DNA of 5,406 bases, from the NCBI GenBank assembly GCA_051294375.1, contig JBJCIZ010001621.1, forward strand, positions 1 to 5,406, in the 5' to 3' direction. The translations under genes were made by a program, and so were the position numbers. The stretch comes from Paraspadella gotoi (lineage: Eukaryota; Animalia; Chaetognatha). Positions 1-5,406 of the stretch are shown here, piece after piece (the stretch's first letter is position 1; each line of letters starts with the position of its first letter). Under the pieces are notes generated by a model. That model was not told where the DNA came from, made no database searches, and worked only from the letters and a program-made list of their open reading frames with translations.

Positions 1-9
1 GCCAATCAG
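1..9 (+). promoter_or_regulatory. CCAAT-box-like motif (GCCAATCAG) at the window edge
   Basis: GCCAATCAG matches the extended NF-Y/CBF consensus CCAATCAG. Upstream context is missing and no downstream gene is identified, so this is a motif match only. Confidence 0.2.
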
Positions 10-42
10 AGTCGCGCATCATAAGGAAGAAAATAATATTCA

Positions 43-45
43 TTC

Positions 46-77
<32 letters not shown>

Positions 78-155
78 TTCTTTCTTTCTTCTTTTTTCTT
101 TCTTTCTTTCTTTCTTCTCTCTCTCTCTCCCCTCTCTCCCCCTTTCTCTCCCTCC
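43..155. repeat. Pure polypyrimidine tract: (TTTC)n grading into (CT)n/(CCCT)n
   Basis: 113 consecutive C/T bases. TTTC/TTC units run to ~116, followed by CT dinucleotides. Confidence 0.97.
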
Positions 156-297
156 AACTTAAGTGTTACTTTCCCTCCCCCCCATCGAATGGGCGCTCGC
201 ACCATGGGCCGCAGGCCGCTGCTGGCGCTGAGCAACTCATGAATGGATTCAATCTTTTGAGACCCAGCGACGCCAGAGCCCCACCAGCGCAACCGAC

Positions 298-311
298 GCA
301 GCAGCAGCAGC
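298..311. repeat. Short (GCA)4 trinucleotide repeat inside a GC-rich island (~185-330)
   Basis: GCAGCAGCAGCAGC at 298-311, followed by GCC/GCA variants. Confidence 0.8.
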
Positions 312-366
312 GCCGCAGCCGCCACCGTTGAATTCCATACGTCATCATTTCGTCCTAGGGTCACTG

Positions 367-489
367 TTTCTCTATTTCAATCTTTCTATCTTTATTATTC
401 TGTCTTTCTTATCTTACTTTCTTTTTTTTCCCTATTCTCACTTTCTTTCTTTTTGCCTTTCCTTCATCTGTATTCATTGTTCTTTCTTG
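367..489. repeat. T/C-rich low-complexity tract
   Basis: Mostly T and C with scattered purines; no regular unit. Confidence 0.85.
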
Positions 490-700
490 TGGTACTTTCG
501 ATTGTAGCATTTAAATAAATCTAAACCGTGACCACATGAACTAATTGCGCTCTCATTTAGTCAGTTATCAATTTAAGATAATTCAATTACATTAGTCGTA
601 GGGAAAACAAGTTTGAACAAACCAATGTCGGATCTTGCCTACGATAATTAAGCGTAATCAGCTAATTCTATCAATTTGTGATCCTAAACTGATCATAACA

Positions 701-779
701 GCATCATTTTTTTAATTTGCATCATTTTTTCAACATGCATCATTTTTTTTAACTCGCATCATTTTTTTAACTTGCATCA
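701..779. repeat. Tandem repeat, 18-19-bp unit GCATCA-T(6-8)-AACTT-like, ~4.4 copies
   Basis: GCATCA starts at 701, 719, 737, 756 and 774 (spacings 18, 18, 19, 18). Confidence 0.95.
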
Positions 780-836
780 AAATCCATCCATCCATGCAAT
801 CACGGTGTTTTTGGTAATTGGTGTTTTTCTAAGTGG

Positions 837-908
837 GATGGACAGACAGACGGACGGACGGTTATGGACTATGGGTGGACGGACGGATGGACGGACGTAA
901 GGACGGAC
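837..908. repeat. Interrupted (GGAC/AGAC/GGAT)n tetranucleotide microsatellite
   Basis: GATGGACAGACAGACGGACGGACGG...GGACGGACGGATGGACGGACG...GGACGGAC. A complementary (TCCA)3 lies at 783-794. Confidence 0.9.
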
Positions 909-1152
909 TTACGGTACGATCGACGTAGGGTATAATCTTTTTGCATAACTTATCCATGGTGTAATAATTGATTCAATATTCGATGTTTTGACATGATATG
1001 AGTGAATGCCCGACAAGATTGAGGGGCGGACCGATCGGACCGAACAAAGTGAATTTATAGAGTCGGATCTGTTGGAAATCAAGTTTTTTTATTTTTGCTT
1101 TCGAATCGAGATTTATGACTGAGATTGAATACAAGGACGATGAGGAATGAGC

Positions 1153-1243
1153 AGAGAGAGAGAGAGAGGGGAGAGAGAGGAGGAGAGAGGAGAGAGGAGG
1201 AGAGAGAGAGATGAGAAGAGACGAGAGAGAGAGAGAGAGAAAG
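1153..1243. repeat. Imperfect (GA)n polypurine microsatellite
   Basis: Nearly all A/G, with two pyrimidine interruptions. Confidence 0.95.
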
Positions 1244-1555
1244 CATCGCAGAAAACTACGTTCGTAAGGAATAAACACCGAAGATTGAAGAAGACATAAA
1301 TTTTTCAAACTCCCTCAATTGTTCCTATTCCAAGAACAGATAAAATAATTCCAAGAAATAAATGTATAGTCAGACATCAACTTTGTTTTATATCATAATA
1401 ATTTATTTTTTTACAAAACGAACCGAGAACCATAAATCAGAGTAAAAAGTAACGAGACTGAAACGAGTTTTTAAAATTCATTACTTTTTTTTCTCTTTCC
1501 TTCATCTTATCATCTCTCGCTCTGTCTCCCCCGCGGTCCCGCGGCTTGCTGCCTC

Positions 1556-1625
1556 CCTGTCGCCGCTGCCGCCTGCCGCTTGCTGCCGCTGCCGACGACG
1601 ACGACGACGACGACGGACGACGACG
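1556..1625. repeat. Compound trinucleotide tract: (GCC/GCT)-rich, then (GAC)7-G-(GAC)3
   Basis: (GAC)7 at 1594-1614, an extra G at 1615 and (GAC)3 at 1616-1624, preceded by GCCGCTGCC variants. Confidence 0.9.
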
Positions 1626-1698
1626 TTGACAAGAATTTCATTATCAACCTCTTCAGGTTCAAAATCGCAATCGCCCGAAATCGAGGTGAGAAGTCGAA

Positions 1699-2195
1699 TA
1701 GGGAGGAAAAAGAAAGGAAAGGGAGGAAAGGAAAGAAGAGTATGAACAAAAAAGGAAAGGAGGCGAGAGGAAACAGAAGGGAGAAAAGGAAAGGAAAGAG
1801 TAGAACAGAAAGGGAAGAAGGAAAGAAAAGAGAAGGTGAGGCAAGAAAAGGAAGAGTAAAAAACAGAAAGGGAAAAGAGGAATAGAAAGAGAAGGGAGGA
1901 AAAAAAAGGAGAGAAGGAAAAAAAAGGAGGAAAAAAACAAAAAAAGGAAAAGAATAAGGAGATAAAGGAAGGGAGGAAAAAGGAAAGAAAAAGCTGAAAA
2001 AGGAATAAGGAAAGAATAAAGAATATTAGGGGGAAAGCTACCATAAATAAAAAAATAAGCTATAGTAATAAATAGAACATAGGAAATAAGATAAATGGGA
2101 AAGGGAGATATTAAAATTCGAATGGAGATAAAGGAGAAAGGAAAAAGAAGAAGAGAAAAGAGAAAAGGAAATTGGAAAATCAAGAAGGAATAAAA
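1699..2195. repeat. ~500-bp A/G-rich low-complexity polypurine tract
   Basis: GAAA/GGAAA-type degenerate units with few pyrimidines. It is the source of the F/L/S-rich and K/R/E-rich ORFs in the track. Confidence 0.93.
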
Positions 2196-2272
2196 TATGA
2201 TTTATTTACCAATAGAATGGAGTTACAATCGGTGTCTTTGTTGGCGCGAGACAAATACTGGAATTGAAGACC

Positions 2273-2353
2273 GAGGGGAAGAGAGAGAGAGAGAGAGAGA
2301 GGAAGAGAGAGAGAGAAGAGAGAGAGAAGAGGGAGGGGATGAGAGGAGGAAGG
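2273..2353. repeat. Imperfect (GA)n polypurine microsatellite
   Basis: (GA)n with GGA/GAA interruptions and a single T. Confidence 0.95.
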
Positions 2354-2392
2354 CATTTGCTTTAAAACTTTTTTTTTTTCTCATCCCATCTT

Positions 2393-2439
2393 CCCCCTTC
2401 CCCAAAACCCCCACCCTCCCCCACCCTCCCCCATCCCCC
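2393..2439 (-). other. Potential G-quadruplex (minus strand) / i-motif (plus strand)
   Basis: Eight C runs of 3-5 nt separated by 1-4-nt loops, including CCCCCACCCT twice. This fits the canonical G3+N1-7 pattern on the minus strand. Confidence 0.6.
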
Positions 2440-2443
2440 GCAG

Positions 2444-2509
2444 GTGCTCTCAAATTTTCCCGCCATCGCCCCAGGGAACGGCCCATAACGCGTGAGTCAG
2501 ACCGAAATA
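2444..2509 (+). other. Candidate short internal exon (48 or 66 nt)
   Basis: A pyrimidine tract ends in CCCCCGCAG|G (AG at 2442-2443). Consensus donors are GTGAGT (2492-2497) and GTAAGT (2510-2515). Both lengths are multiples of 3 and one frame is open through both. No transcript or homology evidence. Confidence 0.3.
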
Positions 2510-2534
2510 GTAAGTTTGCCCAAAACAATTTCAT

Positions 2535-3120
2535 TTCCTCACTTTCTTCTCTTTACTTTCTTACTTTTTCTTTTCCTTCTTAACTTTTTCTTTTCTTCCT
2601 CCCTTTCTACTTCTTCCCTCATTTTTTTCTTCCTCTTCTCCCTTCAATGACTTATTTTAGACTCTGTCTCGCCTCTCTCCCCCTTCTCCCTTTCTCTCTC
2701 CTTAATTTTCCTCCTTTATTTTTCCTTCCCCTTCTCGGCCACATCCCCCTTTTCCCTTTCTTCCCCCCTTCCTTTCCCCTTTCTCTTCTCATTCCTCCCC
2801 CTCCCCTTTTTTTCCTTCCTTTCCCCCCTCCTTCCCCCTCAGTCCCTTCCCCCTTCCTCTCATCCCTCCCCCTTTCATTTCCCTCCCTCTCTCCCCTCTC
2901 TTTCCCTTCCTCTCCCTCCCTAACTCTCCCTCCCTCTCCTTCCCATCTCCCTTACTCATTCCCTTCCTCCTTCTCTCTCTACCTCCCACTCTCCTCTCCC
3001 TATCCATCTCCCCTCCTACCTCCTTCTTCCCCTCCCTCGGCTTCCTCTCCCCCCTCTCTCTCCTCTCTCCCTCTCTCTCTCCCCCTCTTCCTCCCCCTCT
3101 TTCCTCCTTATATTACTCCT
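2535..3120. repeat. ~590-bp C/T-rich low-complexity polypyrimidine tract
   Basis: T-rich at the start and increasingly C-rich (CCCT/CT) toward 3100. It is the source of the P/S/L-rich part of ORF 2647-3708. Confidence 0.93.
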
Positions 3121-3177
3121 TCGATATCGTGGATTCAATCAGATTTTCCCAGCGTCGATTGCATTTTTTTTTTTCGA

Positions 3178-3265
3178 GGGGGGCGGAGAGGTTGGAGGGC
3201 GGAAATGGAGGGGTGTAAGAAGGCGGGGCGGCGTCAACTGGGATTGGGCGTTAGAAGGGGCGGAC
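3178..3265. promoter_or_regulatory. GC-box cluster (4x GGGCGG) with a reverse CCAAT in a G-rich CpG-containing island
   Basis: GGGCGG at 3181, 3197, 3226 and 3258, all in the same orientation, and GATTGG at 3242-3247. Function is not shown. Confidence 0.3.
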
Positions 3266-3290
3266 ACGGTTCGGCAATGTTGGTCTCGAC

Positions 3291-3698
3291 TTTCTTATTA
3301 ACCTCTTTACTCACTGCTTTCCTCCTTTTTTTTCTTTTTTTCTTTTTTATTTTCTTTTCATTGCTTCTTTTTTTTCTTTTCCTTTTTTTTTCCTCCTTTT
3401 TCCTCTCCCTTTATTCCTTATTTCTTAATCTTTTCCTCCATTTTTTCCCCTCTATTTTTCTTCTTCTTGTTTTCTTTCCTTTTTCTTTTTCTATTTTCTT
3501 TTCTAAATTGCTTCTTTTCATCTTTCCCTTCTTATTTCTTCCTTTTTTTTCTCGTATATTTCACCTTCTCCTTTCCTCTTTCCTCCTTCCTCTATTCCTC
3601 CTTCCCTTCCTCATTCCTCTATTCCTCCCTTTTCCTCTCTCGCTCTCTCTTTTCTTTCTTTTTTCTCTTCCATTTTCCATGCTGGTTTTCCTTTCTCC
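3291..3698. repeat. ~400-bp T/C-rich low-complexity polypyrimidine tract
   Basis: TTTC/TTCC-like degenerate units. It is the source of the F/L-rich ORFs. Confidence 0.93.
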
Positions 3699-4052
3699 GC
3701 TAATGTAAAATGTATGACGCAGATCGGAATAAATACGGATTTTATTCCATTTTTTAAAATTTAAAAAAATATATATATATCCAGCGAAGATAAAATATCT
3801 AAATTCTTTCTACCGCAAAAATTTTGGAAAAAAAACTTTTTTGAAAAATATTTTTTCGCAATTTAGGAATTAAGCTGACGAATTATTAATTTTTGCCCTA
3901 TGTACATTTTATACATATGAAATAAGTTATTTTGAATCAGTCACCAAAAATGGAAACATGAACAACGGCAATGAAAAACAAAATAAAATGTTTATTGCGC
4001 TGTCGAGTTTCATCTTTGCGTAAGCAATGGTTCACAAAAAAAGAAACATTTT

Positions 4053-4314
4053 TTAATTCCGACTTGCCTCCTTCACAATTTCCCCCGATCCTCCTTCCAC
4101 ATCCCGACCAAGACCCCAACACTCCTTCCAGAATCCCTGCTCACTCCATCATGACATCAACGAACCAACTTCGTGGGAAGGCCATTACCTCTCTCCATCC
4201 ACTTGCGATACTCGAACAAGTCATTTCTCTCCGCTGTTCAGCGTTTGGGCGATGTCTTTGTTTTTGTATAGAAAACAAACAGCGAGGACGGAGTCGCTTT
4301 TTTGGGCTAATCAT
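4053..4314 (-). pseudogene. Possible decayed or spliced coding remnant, product unknown
   Basis: A high-complexity, balanced-composition block between AT-rich flanks. It has protein-like segments in different minus frames (NDLFEYRKWMERGNGLPTKLVR 4225-4160; WSEQGFWKECWGLGRDVEGGSGEIVKEASRN* 4148-4053) and a minus-strand AATAAA at 3996-3991. No family recognised. Confidence 0.2.
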
Positions 4315-4554
4315 TGTTTAAAATCCTATTTAAAAGTATATCAGAAATAGTAAAATAAAGATTTCTATGAACCAATGATGTATCAAAATATATGAGAAAT
4401 GATCTAAATTGCTACAATATGTAAATGAGATTAATGAACTAAACATCGTTTGAAATGAACCACAATTTACTCTGCTACATATTTTCTATAAGGGCACCAT
4501 TTTAGCTTAATTTTAAAATTAAATTTAACGATTACATTACGGTTTAGGATTAGG

Positions 4555-4670
4555 GGATAGGATTAGAGATTAGAAATATGAATTCGGTATAGGATTAGAG
4601 ATAAGAAATATAAATTCAGGATAGGATTAGAGATTAGAAATATGAATTCAGGATAGGATTAGAGATTAGA
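4555..4670. repeat. 32-bp minisatellite, 3.6 copies (GGATAGGATTAGAGATTAGAAATATGAATTCA)
   Basis: Copies at 4555-4586, 4587-4618 and 4619-4650, plus a partial copy at 4651-4670. Each differs from the consensus at 0-3 positions and there are no spacers. Confidence 0.96.
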
Positions 4671-4681
4671 GCTAGGGACCA

Positions 4682-4684
<3 letters not shown>

Positions 4685-4727
<43 letters not shown>

Positions 4728-4780
4728 ATCTCTTTCTCTCTATCTCTTTCTCTCTCTCTCTCTCCCTCCCCCCCTCCTTC
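4685..4780. repeat. (TC)17 microsatellite followed by an imperfect CT tract
   Basis: Perfect (TC)17 at 4685-4718, then TCTCTCTATCTCTT twice and a C-rich tail. Confidence 0.97.
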
Positions 4781-4963
4781 ACTACCCTCATTTCTGTCAA
4801 AATTACATGAGTTTATCTCTTCAATTTTTTCCTTCCAACTTTTTCACTCTTCAATTTTCACAGAGGATTCACAAATTTTCCCTTTTTTAATTCATATTTT
4901 TTTATAAACTTAATATCTCTTTTTTTTTTATTCTCTAAATTTTTTTTTTTCTAAACCCTCCTC

Positions 4964-5210
4964 GGCCTTATTTTCCAGAATGCCCCATTTTATCTTAAAT
5001 TTGGAAATGGGTGATTTTTTTTCGTTAAGGATTTTGTTTAGAGACTATCATTTCAGTTTAGAGGTTCGGGTTAGAAATTAAGGAAAATAATATGGAGTAG
5101 GGTTATGGATTGGGTTACAAGTTTAAGTATAAGTTTGGGTTAAATATTTAGAGTAAAATTAAAATTTGGGATAAACCAACAGAAATGGGGCACTCTCGGA
5201 AAAAAGAACC
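4964..5210. mobile_element. MITE-like element (~247 bp) with imperfect terminal inverted repeats and a degenerate TTAGGG-like interior
   Basis: Left arm GGCCTTATTTTCC-AGAATGCCCCATTT (4964-4990) aligns to the reverse complement of the right arm, GGTTCTTTTTTCCGAGAGTGCCCCATTT (5183-5210), at 22/28 positions, including a perfect TGCCCCATTT. The interior has GGGTTA/TTAGAG-like hexamers. No clear target-site duplication, so the ends are approximate. Confidence 0.5.
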
Positions 5211-5258
5211 TTTTTCTCTTTTCATACTTTTACTGTCAAACGTCACTCAATTTTAACT

Positions 5259-5295
5259 CCATTTTCCATTTTTTTCCCATTTTTCCCATTTTCCC
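5259..5295. repeat. Short degenerate (CCATTTT)n repeat
   Basis: CCAT followed by a T run four times in tandem, with further copies near 5317 and 5357. Confidence 0.8.
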
Positions 5296-5406
5296 TTTTA
5301 TGACTCCCGTCATTTCCATTTTTTATTTCTTTTTCCTTTTTTCGCTTTTTTCTTTTCCATTTTTTCCGAGTCATTAGATTCTTTTGTTACGTCTTTTTAA
5401 AAAAAC

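Larger units (their letters stand above)
606..935 (-). mobile_element. Non-autonomous DINE-1/HINE-like (Helentron-associated) interspersed element, ~330 bp
   Basis: Read on the minus strand it starts TT-ATACCCTACG (935-924), with a partial inverted copy nearby (plus CTTACG 908-913). It continues through a GTCC/GTCT microsatellite (837-908), a central 18-19-bp tandem array (701-779), a degenerate second subterminal IR (plus CTTGCCTACG 634-643, 7/10 match) and a small hairpin (GTTTG-AA-CAAAC 611-622), and ends CTTGTT in a T run. This order of modules and both end motifs match the known DINE-1/HINE architecture. No coding capacity. Copy number cannot be seen from one window. Confidence 0.72.

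Noticed and set aside
701-779. GCATCA repeats as a CRISPR array or plasmid iterons
   Set aside because: The unit is too short, the intervening bases are near-identical T tracts, no rep or cas gene is present, and the array is explained as the central repeat of the HINE-like element.
1027-1043. CGGACCGA direct repeat, and GTCGGATCT shared between 627-635 and 1062-1070
   Set aside because: 8-9-bp matches are expected from local slippage or chance, and they have no supporting structure.
973-1308. 111-aa minus-strand ORF
   Set aside because: It has a non-ATG start, its centre is a translated (CT)n tract (LSLSLS), and no motif is recognisable.
1502-2183. Overlapping ORFs 1502-2044, 1510-1749, 1580-1885 and 1659-2183
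   Set aside because: Several frames on both strands are open only because of the purine tract. Only the unique 1528-1690 part is kept, as a weak exon candidate.
2197-2583. ORFs 2197-2583 (+) and 2223-2534 (-)
   Set aside because: Both are dominated by ER/LS dipeptide and poly-P/G translations of simple repeats.
2789-3703. ORFs 2789-3007 (-) and 3467-3703 (+)
   Set aside because: Pure low-complexity translations (R/G/E/K and F/S/L).
2647-3708. 353-aa plus-strand ORF, the longest in the window
   Set aside because: It is almost entirely P/S/L/F, translated from pyrimidine tracts that rarely contain stop codons. It has no domain-like segment, and its apparent hydrophobicity is an artefact.
3971-4321. 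116-aa plus-strand ORF as a confident CDS
   Set aside because: No recognisable domain, and minus-strand readings look at least as protein-like. The block is reported only as a low-confidence remnant.
4555-4670. 32-bp repeat as a CRISPR array
   Set aside because: The units are directly adjacent with no unique spacers, there are no cas genes, and the context is eukaryote-like.
4541-5155. True telomere or subtelomeric end
   Set aside because: There is no perfect tandem TTAGGG array. The hexamers are degenerate, internal and flanked by ordinary sequence.
5300-5374. ATGAC-TCCC-GTCAT hairpin followed by T-rich sequence as an intrinsic terminator, and a 7-bp ATGACTC/GAGTCAT inverted pair
   Set aside because: The 5-bp stem is weak, no upstream gene is present, and nothing indicates a prokaryotic origin.

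Overview
This is a eukaryotic-looking window dominated by simple sequence, with no recognisable gene, RNA gene or CRISPR array. I cannot assign the organism. Roughly half of it is strand-asymmetric polypyrimidine or polypurine tract, and most ORFs in the supplied track are translation artefacts of those tracts. Short unique islands lie between the tracts. The best-supported structure is a ~330-bp non-autonomous element at 606-935 with the architecture of DINE-1/HINE (Helentron-associated) elements: AACAAG...CGTAGGGTATAA ends, a GGAC/GTCY microsatellite and an internal 18-19-bp tandem array. A ~247-bp MITE-like element at 4964-5210 has imperfect terminal inverted repeats and a degenerate TTAGGG-like interior. 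An apparently related one-armed copy at 4481-4680 carries a 32-bp minisatellite. Weaker signals are a candidate spliced mini-exon or motif-dense island (2444-2515), a GC-box cluster (3178-3265) and a possibly decayed minus-strand coding remnant (~4053-4314). I see no evidence for a new multi-gene system. The findings are transposon-derived and regulatory hypotheses that need genome-level checks.
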